Assembly (NCBI GenBank): GCA_048128005.1
Contig: JBEUKZ010000016.1
Coordinates: 496,001 to 560,000 of the forward strand
Source: Veleropilina oligotropha
Lineage: Eukaryota
Length of the DNA stretch: 64,000 nucleotides
Direction: 5' to 3'
In this document: positions 13,815-27,132 of the stretch, piece by piece
How positions within the stretch are numbered: the first letter of the stretch is position 1
Layout: every line of letters starts with the position of its first letter
Translations under genes and position numbers: made by a program
Notes under the pieces: generated by a model
Seen by the model: the letters and a program-made list of their open reading frames with translations, nothing else
Told to the model about the DNA's origin: nothing
Database searches by the model: none

Positions 13815-14770
13815 ACACACTTTAAATTTTTATTTCTTGCTGTTGTGTTTCTTGTTGTTATATTTTGGGTAGATGGAGGGGGTGTTCAGTTTCACAATTG
13901 TCATAGGCAGATCTGGGCCAGCCCTCCCCCCACCTTTTGAAATTCAGAAATGTTTATTATTTTTCATTACAATGTTTGTTTTAAGATCCAAATTTTGCAG
14001 TTATCAGGATGACGGGTTTAAGGTCTAATCCGATCAGAAAAACATAAATCGGAGGTACGTACGACCCCCCCCCTGCATGGTGACATAAAAGTAAAATTTA
14101 ATCCACTCTGACACCTAGGTGGTTCTGTTACTTATTGGTTAATTTTTATAACAAGAACAAAAATTGCGCCTGTACTAAAATAATTTTATTTCACACAAGA
14201 GCTATCAAATGTACAATATTATTATTGTTTGCACATAACATTATTATTATTCATGAGTAAATTATTTGTATATAACTAACAATGGCCTCACAACTGTAAC
14301 TGTTAACAGATAGGCCTACTGAATTATAACAGAACAAAATGACTGATTGCCAATTAACTCATTTACAAATAATAGAACATTTATCTAAATTATTATAGAC
14401 CCATATGGTATATTAGAAGTTATTAAATGTACAGTATTGTGATTTTCACAATAAGAGAACAATTGCAGTACATACGCATGTACATATATAATTATGTCAT
14501 CTTGGTGTGATACTTTTTTTTATCTTCATATTTTACAATTGTGATAAGTGCATAATTGCTTTATTGTATAACATTGTTATTGTTGACTATATATTAAATT
14601 AAATATTTATCACTACATTTAAAAGTTGCATTCTGGATTCAGTCTCTCCTACTATGAAAATAGTTAATTACAATAAGATTGCTGTCAAAATTCAAACACA
14701 CATTCTACCAAAATGAAATCATCCAAGACATCAAAGTATATTAAAAATATTCATGTTGGTGTTAAATTGA

Positions 14771-14943
14771 CTACTGAAAATATTCTTGAGTAATATGAGC
14801 TCTCATTGCACGTCCATCCTCAACACCGTCAGGACGAGCCACATCGTGGTCATCACCATCATCACCATCGGTTTTTTCATAAGATGTGCAATATTATGCA
14901 AAACTTCACACGCACCTATCACGGTACACACTCGCTCTGGTGT
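14771..14943 (-). pseudogene. Diverged second copy of the last ~55 codons of a Harbinger transposase
   Basis: PERVCTVIGACEVLHNIAHLMKKPM/../DHDVARPDGVEDGRAMRAHITQEYFQ* aligns to 16681-16868; the flanking 3'UTR-like sequence is also duplicated. Confidence 0.85.
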
Positions 14944-15142
14944 AGAATCAGAAACAAGTATGAGCTGAAGTAAAATTATTTATTTTACACCAAAGTTATC
15001 AAATGTAGACTATTATGATTTGGAATGATTATTATAGACTCGTATGATATAGCAGAAGTATAATAATCCAATAATAGAACAATAATTGCAATACAAATAT
15101 GTAGGCCTACAATATCATTCTGGTAATACATGCATGTATATA

Positions 15143-16390
15143 CAGGGGCGTCGCAACGATTTTGATGTTAGGGGGGTATCATTAACCAAGGGCACCTCAT
15201 ATTGCATACTTCCCAACCTTTTATGGCAAGAAAGAGGTAGCCACGTGAGCGGCCGAAGGCCTCGAAGATTGAGCGGCCGTAGGCCGCGAATATCTAGGGG
15301 GGTTTGGGGGCATGCCCCCCCAAGATTTTTTTAATCTAGAAGCTCCGAGAAGCGTTCTCCTGCATTCTAGGACAAAAAAATTGACATTTTTTTTGCCTCA
15401 AACTTTCATGTTTGGAGAGCAGAAATTATTAAAAACATGTTAAATAAATATTCGATAACATTAGTACTCACCCACATATGGGTTCAACTGCAGTAATTGT
15501 CTAGTCAATGCCACAAATCATTAATGATAATTATTGAACATTCGGTACGATTATCTAATATGTTCCATATAGGCCTAGTTTATACATATCCGGAAATCTC
15601 GCAATGAAATGTCTTTATTGATTACGCTTACAAAACTAATGAACGAAATAGCTACGGCCAACTTTGCAAGCAATAACTATTCGCGAAATGGACCATGGCA
15701 AATATTGACCAGCAAACCCTCCTGACAATTTCATTGGTTGAATATTATGCGTGCCATAGCCATAACGCGCTAGGTACGTCATCGCGGACTTTATATTACC
15801 GAAACGCGTGATGTCATGTCGCATATTCGATCACACGGGCATGTAACGCTGTTTATCGTTCGTCTGTTTCCGTTTGACGATTAGCGCAGTTCATTGTTAC
15901 TATATAATATAGTCTATATTCGATCATGGCACATAATCTTTCCCGTGTACTACCGTATAGGCAAACATTGCCGTTCGCATGCACTGCGTGCTCGCTATTA
16001 AAATCTCGAATCGGTATGCGTATCTATTTAAAATGGTAGTCGGTAGTAGTATTATAAAATTGGTAACCTACCGCGTGAGTCGGTAGGGTTGGCAAGTACT
16101 AGTATGGATATTGCCTGAGCCAGTAATGAGAGCGCCGAAGGCGCGAAGCTCTTTGCGGGGGGTATGGGGGACCTCCCCCAGGAAAATTTGAGAATTTAAG
16201 TGCCTCAGATGCATTTTCCTGGTATTTAAGAACAAAATACTTTAACATATTTATGGTATATTGCTAATTTTGTCTTCGATGAAGTCCGTATAGTGTAGTG
16301 ACGTTAACATTAAGCGTATGCAAGGGCACTTGCTTCCAAAATTTTAGGGGGGTAAATACCCCCCTTACCCCCCCGGTCGCGACGCCCCTG
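15143..16390. mobile_element. Non-autonomous TIR element (CAGGG termini) nested in the Harbinger
   Basis: TIR caggggcgtcgc / gcgacgcccctg; 7-bp flanks gtatata / atatata. Confidence 0.8.
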
Positions 16391-16680
16391 ATATATACGC
16401 TGTAGTAATTGTTATAATTTATAATTAATAATTAAAATGTCGAAGTGCATAATTGTTTTATAGTATAACAACATTGATTTATTAAATGCATGAATTATGT
16501 TATATTGTTGAACAAATTAAATATTTATTTCTACATTTATCAGTTGCTTTGTTATTCAGCAGATACGGTCTAAGAAAGTAAATTACAATTAAATTAAATC
16601 GCTGGCAAAATTAAAAAAAATCTATCAAATGCAACATAAAATTGAAATTAAATATGTTGGTGTCAAATTGCAATTACATT

Positions 16681-18497
16681 TTATTCCTGAAAGTATTCTT
16701 GCGTGATGCGAGCTCTAATAGCTCGTCCATCCTCAGCACCCTCAGGACGAACGACATCATGGGCATTGCCATCATCATCTGCGCCTTGATCACCCATCGG
16801 CTCTTTCATAAGGTGCGCAATATTGTGCAAAACTGCGCATGCACCTATTACATTACAAACTCTCTCAGGTGAGAGTCGAATTTCTGAATGTAGTATATGG
16901 AAACGTCGTTTCCATACACCAAACGCTCTTTCGATTACCACACGTGTCGATTTGTGGCCCGCATTAAACTTTTCTTGTGCCCTGTTGACTGGATGCAAAT
17001 AAGGGGTCATGAGAAATGGTCGACACGGATAGCCACTGTCACCTAATAACATAGCATTATGCCCGCCTCTCTCCAACTGCCTTCCATAGGTGGATTCTCT
17101 TAGCATCCTTGCATCGTGCGTTGACCCAGGCCATCGTGCTACAACATTGGTAAATTTTCCTGTAAAAAAATAAAATACATTTTCATTTTACTACATTGGT
17201 AATTTAAAATAATTATGGCAAGTCATTGTGGAAAAAAAATAGGGATTTTATCTTTTATTAATATTTATAATTTATAATTCATTTATTCATATTTGAAATT
17301 CATTATTACTATCAATAAATAGCTATTAATATTAATAAATATTTTTTAATATTATAATTCATTTATTAATATTAATTAATCGAGATGTTGACTTTCTAAC
17401 ATTAGTAAATGAGGTTCAAATATTATTAAAAGAGGTTCAAATATTAGTAAACAAATTTAGAATAATATTAAATGAATTTCAAATATTAATAATGAGTTTC
17501 AAATATTAACAAATCATTAATTAATTTTTGATACTCAATCATGAATGTTCAACAAATGAATTTTAAATATTAACAAATGAATGGTAAATATTAACAAATG
17601 AATATTAAATATTAACAAATGAATTTAAAATATTAACAAATTACAAATATTAATATATGAAATTCAAATGTAAATAAACAAATTTTCAAAGAAATCCTTA
17701 ATTTTGTTCACTGTGGCTTGCCACAATTATACATGTATCATGCAACTACATATTGAATGCGCTCCTATTTGGGGCCTCTATCCATGGCGTATTTTATTAT
17801 TGACACCGTTGACACCGCTATCAGCTGTCAAGGTCAAGGAAAATGTGGTATCGGTGTTTGTTGACATCGAAGAAATTAATGTATATTTCGAAAGAAAGGC
17901 ATAATTTAGCTTCACAGTTCATATGTATATGTTATAAATATACATACCATGAGAATCACAGATGCACTGGACATTTATTGAGTGGAAACCTTTCCGATTA
18001 ACGAAATCATTCTCGTTCGCCGATGGTCCTTGTATCCGGACATGTGTGCCGTCGATACAGCCGGTCACTCCTGGAAACCCCGCAACTTCAAAGAATGCTC
18101 TTTTCGTTTCCTGTATATCGTGCTGTGCTGGTGGACATACGAAATTATCCAACTTCCCACAAAGTGCAAGGGACACGGTTCTGATAATGCGAGATACAGC
18201 TGACTTGTCGAGACCGAAGGTGTCACCAATCACTTGCATGAAGCTTCCACTTGCGTAATACCTCAAGGCTACTAGAACTTGAATATCCGTAGATATTGCA
18301 TGATTTCGTTTCGTTTGGCGTTCGATATCGTCTCTAATTTGGTCTACGATGAAATTAATAGAAGCCCGTCCAAATCTGAAGCGTGACCGTAACTCTTCGT
18401 CAGAGTAATTATCGAGGTGGTGAACTCTTTGCCGGTAACGTCTCTCATTCCTTACGGGGTGGATCATTTCGTCGTCAAATAACAGCCTTCGAGCCAT
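16681..18497 (-). CDS. Harbinger (HARBI1-like) DDE transposase, 2 exons (18497-17948, 17159-16681), 342 aa
   Basis: N-terminal HTH region (LVALRYYASGSFMQVIGDTFGLDKSAVSRII); catalytic motifs IDGTH, GDSGY and VIERAFG; RWPGSTHDA; phase-1 gt..ag intron gives an uninterrupted 1029-nt frame. Confidence 0.93.
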
Positions 18498-21400
18498 TAT
18501 ACAGGATAAATAGACTTTTATAAAATATATGAAGAAATACTCGTCTAAACAGGTAAGTTGTATAAAATTGTAGGCAGTAAAACTAATTTTGAAGCAATAA
18601 AACTTGTTGAAACGAGACAAAATGGCGTCAAATTCCCAAACGTAATAACGCTAATACCGACTTAATACACGTTGGTCGGTGGATTAAAATTTATGTCCGT
18701 TTTGACGTCGCTAATACCGGTATTAGTTTAATGTCACGTTTGAACAACGGTATTAAAGTTTATGATAAGTTTTAATACTGACTTAGTGATTTATGTCCAG
18801 ACTTAAATTTTAATACACGTACGAACAACCGGCCCCAGGTGGCATCCATATAACCATTACCAATGCATATGGATGCCAAAAGAGGCCCTTGAGAAAGCCA
18901 TATTCATCCAATTGAAAACTTTAACCCAAAACTTGATACAAATTTTCCAAGAACAAAAACACCAATTTGAGTCATTTATTTTATTAAATTCCATTTGACA
19001 TCAGTGCCAGAGCATCAGGTGACATCCTTACCAATACATAAGGATGCAAAAAGTGTCTTGAGCAGCTGAAGCCATATTCATCCAATTGTCCAAGAACACC
19101 AATTTCTGGCATTAATTATAATAAATTCCATTCAACATCAGTGCCAGAGTATCAGCAGGCATCCATATGTGCATTACCAATGCACATGTATGCAAGAATT
19201 AAGAGCCTTAAGCAACACATATGCGACCATTGAAAAACTTTAACCGAAAACATTAACCAAACACCAATTTCAGGCATTATTTATTTTAAATTCCATTCAA
19301 TATCATGCAGTGTTAGAGTATCAGGTGACATCCATATAATCATTATCAATGCATATTTAAGAAAATAAGAGCATTGAGCAACCCATATGCGCCAAATAAA
19401 ATACTTGAACCAAAACTTTACCCAAAATTTCTATGTCCAAGAACATTAATTTCAGGCATTAATTATATTAAATTCCATTCAATATCAGTGCCATTGTATC
19501 AGCAGGCATCCATATAACCACTACCAATGCACATGTATGCAAAGAAGTCTTAAGCAACCATATAAGCCCGATGAAAAACTTGAACCAAAATGTCTATGTC
19601 CAAAAACACCAATTTCGGCATTATTAATATTATATTCCATTCAATATCAGTGCCAGTATCAGTTGACATCCAAATAACCATTATCAATGCATATTTAAGC
19701 AAATAAGAGCCTTGAGCAACCCGTATATGTCCAATGACAGTTTTACCATAATTTCTATGTCCAAGACCACCAATTTCAGGCATTAATTATATGAAATTCC
19801 ATTCAATATCCATGTCAGAGTATCAGCAGGCATCCATATAACCATCGCCATTGCATATATATGCATGCAAAAAAGTGCCTGCCACAACCCATATACACTC
19901 AATGAAAAACTTTAACCAAATCTGGATACACACGCACACAGATGCAGTGAAAGCAATATGTCCTTCGGGACTATCATCCCAGGGCATACTTACTGCCAGA
20001 GTATCAGGTGACATCCATGCAACCAATAACTAAGCATATATATGCCAAAAATTGCCTTGAGCAAACAATAAACACTTGATGAAAAACTTAAACCTAAAGT
20101 TCACCTAAATTTATATGTCCCAAAAGACCACCATATTGCCATTAATTATAATAATATTTATTCCATATTACTGCCAGAGTATCAGGTGGCATCCATACAA
20201 CCAATAACAAAGCATATATATGCCAAAAAATGCCTTGAGCAAGTCATATTATATACACTTGATGACAAACTTTAACCGAAAGTTCACCTAAATTTCTATG
20301 TCCAAAAAACCCACCATATTTCCATTAATTATATTAAAATTTAATCAATATCACTGCCAGAGTATCAGGTAATATCCATACAACCAATAACAAAGCATAT
20401 ATATGCCAAAAAGTGCCTTGAGCAAGCCATATACACTTGATGAAAAACTTTAACCGAAAACTTTAACATAAAATTTGCCGAAATTTCTATGTCCCAAAAG
20501 ACCACTATATTTCCATTAATTATATTAAAATTTATTCAAAATCACTGCCAGAGTATCAGGTGACATCCATACAACCAATAACAAAGCATATATATGCCCA
20601 AAAGTGCCTTGAGCAAGCCATATACACTTCATGAAAAACTTTAACCTTAAATTTGCCCTGTAAATAATACTAAATGGACCGGAAGAAAATTTTGGAATTT
20701 CATGCCCTGATAATTATATTTCCATCCAAAACGTTAGGGCCAGTTCATTTTGTGAAGGGCCTGTATGAATTTTGTTAGGGCCAGTTCAAACTTTTACGAA
20801 TTTCATGCCCTGTGGTATGTATAGGACCTGAGATCTAGCCCGGACAGCGTGCGTGTCAGGAAAGTATATTTTGACCTCTGTGAACTTGACCTTTGACCGA
20901 ACAAGAAAAGAGAACATTGTTATATAATAATGTACTCACCATCAGAAAAAAATTAAGAAAATGATAAAATATAAAAATGCCCAAGTCAAAGGTCAAAAGT
21001 GCAAAAATTTAGCGCCCTGCACATGCTTTAAGTGTGGGCCATGCATCTACAAACAAATTAGAAGGATACGATTTGTCATCTCCGAGAACCAGGCCGGACA
21101 CGAGTTCAGGGTCAAAGGACATTAGGTCAAGGTCGAAGGTCGTTTTCCCAAAATTTTGCCAAAAACCACAATGGCATGCTAGCATGTATAAGAACTGAGA
21201 TCTAGCCTGGACAAGAAAAGTGAGGGAGAAGGAAGAAGGAGAATATGAAGGAGAAAGAGAACTGAGTGTAAAACAATATGTCTCTCCCATTCTTCGGATG
21301 GGGAGATATAACTAAATGGCATAAAAGATTATCAATTGTTCACTTGCACCGTGACGTTGACCATTTTTCAAAACCAAAATATTTCAATTGGTCTAGAAAA

Positions 21401-21510
21401 TAGAATTTAGTTGTGATACTCAGGAAAGGCATAATTACAGAGTCATACAAGACATTACGTTCACAGAAAAAAGGTCAATAATTGCATTTTACATACTGAA
21501 ATAATAAAAT

Positions 21511-22242
21511 AACTAGAACTCTTAGTCACGAGTGACTGCATATGTATCCCCCGGTAATGACCTGCCTAGAGCGATCACAAGGAATTATACTTTAAAATCC
21601 AAGATGGAGGAGCACAGCGGCCACCATGGAGGTCGGACGGCACCCAAAATCTTTAGGTGTCGTGTTCTCACACAAACCAATGCACATACCAAATTTGAAA
21701 ACATTCCGTTAAGAAATGACCTGTCTAGAGTGATCACGAGGAGTCTCTCGGCGGTGGACATCTTGGATGTCGGACCACACCCGAAATCTATAAGTGTCGT
21801 GTTCTCACCCCAACCAATGCACATACCAAATTTGAAAACATTCCGTTAAGAAATGACCTGTCTAGAGTGATCACGAGGAGTCTCTCGGCGGTGGACATCT
21901 TGGATGTCGGACCACACCCGAAATCTATAAGTGTCGTGTTCTCACCCCAACCAATGCACATACCAAATTTGAAAACATTCCGTTAAGAAATGACCTCTCT
22001 AGAGCGATCAGAAGCAATTATGGTGGCCATGGCAGCCATCTTGGAAGTCGGACCACACACAAAATCAATAGATATCGTGTCCTCGCCCCAACCAATGCAC
22101 ATACCAAATTTGAAAACATTCCGATTTGAAAACATTCTGTTAAGAAATAGCCTGTCTAGAGCGATCACGACGAATCTCTCGGCGGATGCGTAACGGACGT
22201 TAAACCATAGTATCCCCCAACACTTTAGTTTCGGGGGATACA
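21511..22242. mobile_element. HINE-like element family C with 137-bp monomers
   Basis: 5' aactag..agtcac-ga-gtgact hairpin + tgtatccccc; near-identical monomers at 21691/21828/21965; 3' gtatccccc..cgggggataca hairpin. Confidence 0.75.
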
Positions 22243-24807
22243 ATAATACTGCTTTGACATTATTGTTTAAGCATGCATACTTTTCATCATAGTCAGATGG
22301 GAAGTCTTTGAACTACGCATTTCGGATAATGTGAACACACATCATAACGTGCCGCTAATTTTTTTGAGTAATTTTCGTTGACGAGATCCTCAATTATTGC
22401 TGCTTAAATAAATCGGCAAAACTGTCATTTTTCCAATCGCCAAGAGACATGAAGAGTCAATCGCGGTGGGTGCCCAATTACTTTTGATTAAATTTTACTT
22501 TTCAATCTTCTATTGAAAATTTCTTTGTCTTAAATGTTATATGATTCAAGTTTAAATTTTTTTAAAAACATACCATGATAAATGAAGGAGTACAAACATA
22601 AATCAAAGTGCTGAAGCACTGAAGGGACGCAAGTGCATCAATTCATTAGGAGAGCCTTGATTAAAACATTGTGAATGTTGTTTATATCAAATAATTATTT
22701 GTAGGTGAACATGCATATGCACATTCATACGCGTCTGAAGACAATTTATTCGCACAAATTTCGGAATATAAAAACTTACTTCATTACTGAGAACCAAGTA
22801 GTAATAATAATATGCATGCATGAACGCACATTTGATTTCACTCAAGTTATAATATTTATTGAAACGGTGATCATTGGCCGTCAACAGACAGCACATCTCG
22901 AAAATCAAAGTGCTGAAGCACTGAAAAGTTGAAAAGCGAAAGTATTGATTTCACAACACAAAAATACTTCTTATGTGTCAAGATACAGTTGATGCCCGAA
23001 GTTCAATGTAATTACGAATATCAAAGCAGTTGTCGATGCCAGAGCCATGCAGATCATAGGTCAAAATGAATGTCATTGTGCATCATTACGCACTGGCTTG
23101 AATATAACGTGCCAGACTATAGAATGGTTAAAGAGGTGAAATAGACTGGGAAAATTAAGTGACTTTTCTTTTGACTGACAACAATGACAAGACAGACAGA
23201 AGTGACAATATTGTAAATTCTGTAGGCCTATATATTAAGTAAAGAACACATTATATCTTTTGGCCAACTATTGTTTTTACTGTCATTGTAGCTTAAATAT
23301 GTTTACAATTACAATGTTTTAATGAAACATACTGTTTATGTATTAAAATTTAGATATAAATTTAATAAATTTAAATAATCAATAAATAGACAGGTCATAT
23401 AAGGAAGCTGTACACTACCGAGTCGATATAACACGGTAATTGGGGTCAAAGTTTTGGAACCGCGTTATAGGAACGTTGTATATTTACATAGTAAGTACAG
23501 GTATATTAGATTTGATGCTACTCAATAAATTAGTACTACCATTATAGTTCATTCAATGATTGATGTGCATTTTTTAGTAAAATTAATACAATACAAATGT
23601 ATGTTCATTAAAATGTTTCTGGAATATGTTGTTCTTAAATTATCTCATATAAATCGATGTACCGGGTACTTGTATTTATATTTCCCATTCAGTAAAGTCT
23701 CCGACAAACGCAGATGTCACAATTAGCGCTTTGCTGTTCGAAGTGATGTTTTCCTAGCAGCTATTAACAGTCTCCTAATTGTTCCACTTTCTTTACAGCC
23801 TGATGACTTCATTATCGCAATGACTGCCTTTTGTTTAAATGCCTGATATTTTAATATTTATCATGCCCGATATGAATTGATTCACTCTTTCGGCCAGAGT
23901 TAATATGGGCACTGCCCAGATTAACAACTTGCATGGGCACTGCCCAGATTAACTTCGGTAGTGCTCAACTTGCCATAATAATATTAACTAAGTAACTTCG
24001 ACACGATGTCGCGTTTACAAGTATTGTTGTACCTAGAACTGACATATTGTTCTGCAAATATACACTCGTTTTAAAAAATCGATATGTATTGAATTTTAAT
24101 TGACATTAGCAAATTCGAAGGATGGGCAGTGCCTAACTTATCACTTAGTTGTTTCAATATTGGGCAGAACTGCAGACGCGTGTCATATGATTAACCTCGC
24201 ACCTGGCTATTTTTGTATAGCCAATCACAACAGGTCAGAAAGCCAAAACGGAAATTCTTTCAAGTTTGCTATACATGTGAAACATTTGACATATATGTAT
24301 ATATTTCACAATTATACAGGCATATTATTCACACTTTTTGCAGGACTGTAAAGGTATAAACACAAACAGTTGGGGAAATAGATTTATTGACAGTTTTAGA
24401 TATTTTCAGCAGGAATAAATCGTCAATGTGTGCAGCAAACATGTAGTTGCAACAGCCATATACCGCTTCCTTACCACAGCAGTAATTTGACCGATTGCAA
24501 GTTACGTGTATTTTTGAAACAATTATATTTGAATAAGACACGGTGTCAGAGTTTGTTACTAAATTGCATAACAGATGTGGGATACTACCTATAAATTGAC
24601 CAAATTTCATTACGGAAGTGGGTGTTACTTGAAACATCGGATGGACAAGTTGTGAACGTGACCTGAATTTTTGTTCAATGAGATAAAGAGCGCAAAATTT
24701 GAATTGTACGGGACAGGAGTTTCAAAACCAGCTCAATAACAATACCCCGCAGTTCCTGCGTCCCAAAAAACAACGAATTAACTTTGATAGTATCTCTCGA
24801 TACTCAC

Positions 24808-24870
24808 CATCGATGGTGGCGCCATTTTCCACAATGCTCATGTTCTGACCGACAATATCAACAGGTTTCC
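24808..24870 (-). CDS. Possible 63-nt internal exon of the host gene (GKPVDIVGQNMSIVENGATID)
   Basis: ttgtttacag acceptor, g|gtgagt donor, open frame, phase 1-1, compatible with the Sushi exon. Confidence 0.4.
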
Positions 24871-24899
24871 CTGTAAACAATAGTGACACATGAATATTA

Positions 24900-25210
24900 T
24901 AATGGAGCTACAAATGCTGCTGTCGCTGCCTGTCAGGGCAGCTAAGTATATTACCTCCCACAGTTATCATACAATTTATTCGAGTAACAGACAGATGGTT
25001 TGGACGCCAACGACTGGGAGAAGGGCTGCACCAGGTTCATTGTGGATGAGCGAGCTCCTGCTGGCAGACCAAGGAAAACCTAGCAGCACACTGTGTCCAT
25101 CGACATGCAACAGATTTAAGTTATCCAGGGAGACACCAGGACAGAGACATAAGAAGGACAAGGGCGTACCCAGTGGTGCCTGGAAAACCACCATATTCTC
25201 CGAAATGATT
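24900..25210 (+). mobile_element. RTE-clade LINE 3' fragment
   Basis: Degenerate RWFG...VDERAPAGRPRKT*QHTVSIDM resembles the RTE C-terminal GRPRKTW motif. Confidence 0.55.
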
Positions 25211-25399
25211 ACCTCACCTAAAATATATACCCGATCACTTAAATAAAAGAAAAATGGTAATGGATTATTAAATAGTCTGTCGAACTATGTTATTGGAAGC
25301 TCCACGAATAATGTTAACAAGGCTTTAAAACTACACTAGACAAATAAAGTTAAGCATCATTTCGGTAAACACACATATCTCCCAAACGATAATTTAAGT

Positions 25400-26487
25400 A
25401 AATGCGTTCCAACTTTGTCAACATTTAATAAATGTCCTGATAATCATTTATGAAAGATATCATTTTAATTTCAGTGAACGTTAGACTTGTACAAGTCATT
25501 GAAGTGGTTATGTGTCAAATTTCGATTTCACAATTAAAGTCAGTATTGTCGCAGGTCATATGTTTATGCTGTCAAAAGTTTAAAAGAGCATCTGGGGAAG
25601 TGCCTGCCACTCAGCCTGTAAATGCTGAAACAGGCGTTGGACTTTCCTGGGAGGGGAGGGGTGTTGATCATCACAATGCGCTTCAGCTCATCCCAGATAT
25701 TCTCGATCGGATTGAGGTCTGGACTGCATGCAGGCCAAACATGATGTTGACTTCGGTCAGATGCAGGAAGTGGTTGATCAACATAGTTAAGTGAGGGCGT
25801 GCATTGTCATCTTAACAGACAGCCTGTAGTCCAATTGCAATCTGCTGCTGTGTGGGAATGGCCATGGCCTGAGAATCGCGTCCCGGTAGCGAAGACCATT
25901 CAGGTTCCCTTGTAAGTGATATAGGGATGTCCAATGGTTGCGACTGAAGGCACCTCAACCATGATAGAACCTCATCCAAAGTCAACCTTCTATTGGACAG
26001 TCGCATCAACATAGCGTTCTCTTGTGCGCCTCCAGGCCCTCAGCCGATCGTCGTACAAACATAACCATCAATTCTTCACTGAACAGGACATTCGTCCACT
26101 GTCTCGTGTCCACCTTACATGACATCTGCAAAAGGCAGCCCGTGCTGCTCTGTGTGACAGTACAAAACGTGTTACAATAGCTGACGCCGAGAATGGAGAT
26201 GCAATCCATGGAGGTGGTTACGAATGGTCTGTCTGCTGTTGTTCCTGTTACTAACCGCCTGCAACTGACTTCGAATAATAATAGAAGAGGCAAATCTCAT
26301 CTGTAAAGCTTGGCATTTAATGAAGCGATCTTCTCGTGGTGTTGTTTTCTTTTGCCTGATGACATGTGACAATACTGACTTTAATTAATGAATTGTACAA
26401 GTCAAACGTTCAATGAAATTAAAATGAATTCTTTTGTAAATGATTATCAGGACATTATATTAAATGCTGACAAAATTTGAATGTATT
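25400..26487 (-). mobile_element. Tc1/mariner transposon relic (internally deleted)
   Basis: ~100-bp imperfect inverted repeats (25400-25500 / 26385-26487); fragments KTTPREDRFI..SRQTIRNHLH, WTNVLFSEE, DDNARPH and WPACSPDLNPIENIWDELK. Confidence 0.85.
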
Positions 26488-26622
26488 TTCTTTTTTCTTT
26501 TGACAGATATGAATGTTTACTCATATGATCCTTAAGTTTATGTGTCTAGTGTATAAAAGTAAGTAGATATGAATATATATGGTTGAGATGACATGCATTA
26601 TTAATACAGTAACCCAAATTAC

Positions 26623-26820
26623 CTCCTGTTGAAAATTCAGGGTTGCATGTGGCTACCAGAGGACTCCATGTGAGGTTGCCGGTGCAAATTAGAGTCGATG
26701 TAGATGCGTTATAATCATGGTCACATATCAACTTCTGTTTGGCATAGACCATGTTTCTATACCCAGAGCTTTGATTTGATTTAAAATGTCCATTATCAGG
26801 GTCGGTCAGTTGAGGACAGC
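26623..26820 (-). CDS. Host-gene internal exon encoding a Sushi/CCP (SCR) domain
   Basis: CPQLTDPDNGHF...LICDHDYNASTSTLICTGNLTWSPLVATC matches the Sushi C..P.NG...C...C....W.....C pattern; ctattttag acceptor, g|gtaatt donor, 198 nt, phase 1-1. Confidence 0.75.
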
Positions 26821-27132
26821 CTAAAATAGAAAGCATACGCATATATTATATGTATGAATATATTAAATATGAACGTGCAAAGAGTCAACAGATCAATGTT
26901 AACATTATTGTAAGAGCCATTATTCAACCCTGGTCGATTGTTGTGGGAGGAATGTCTGATAAACCCAAATGCCCCACACATTTATGAACAAATTAGTTCC
27001 ATGTCTTTGACCTTTTTCTATCCTGCATTTAAAGTGATAACCAACCCAAATATATAACTTTTGTATTGGATCTAATATTGCTTTAAATATTATTACCTGA
27101 AAAATTAAGATAAATATTTCGTCATTTCGAAG

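Larger units (their letters stand above)
12262..18835. mobile_element. Autonomous PIF/Harbinger DNA transposon
   Basis: Perfect 27-bp TIRs gggccggttgttcgtacgtgtattaaa (12262-12288 / 18809-18835); 3-bp TSD CAG (12259-61, 18836-38); convergent transposase and Myb/SANT genes. Confidence 0.95.
12054..20655. mobile_element. HINE-like family B element and trailing monomer array; hosts the Harbinger insertion
   Basis: 5' aactagaaatatgttcccaggaacat; the monomer cagagtatcaggtggcatcc is split exactly by the Harbinger; 3' hairpin at ~19957-19988; more monomers to ~20655. Confidence 0.7.

Noticed and set aside
24329..24637. ORF with a CNRSNYCCG..GCC Cys cluster
   Set aside because: No convincing splice sites or domain context; may be chance.
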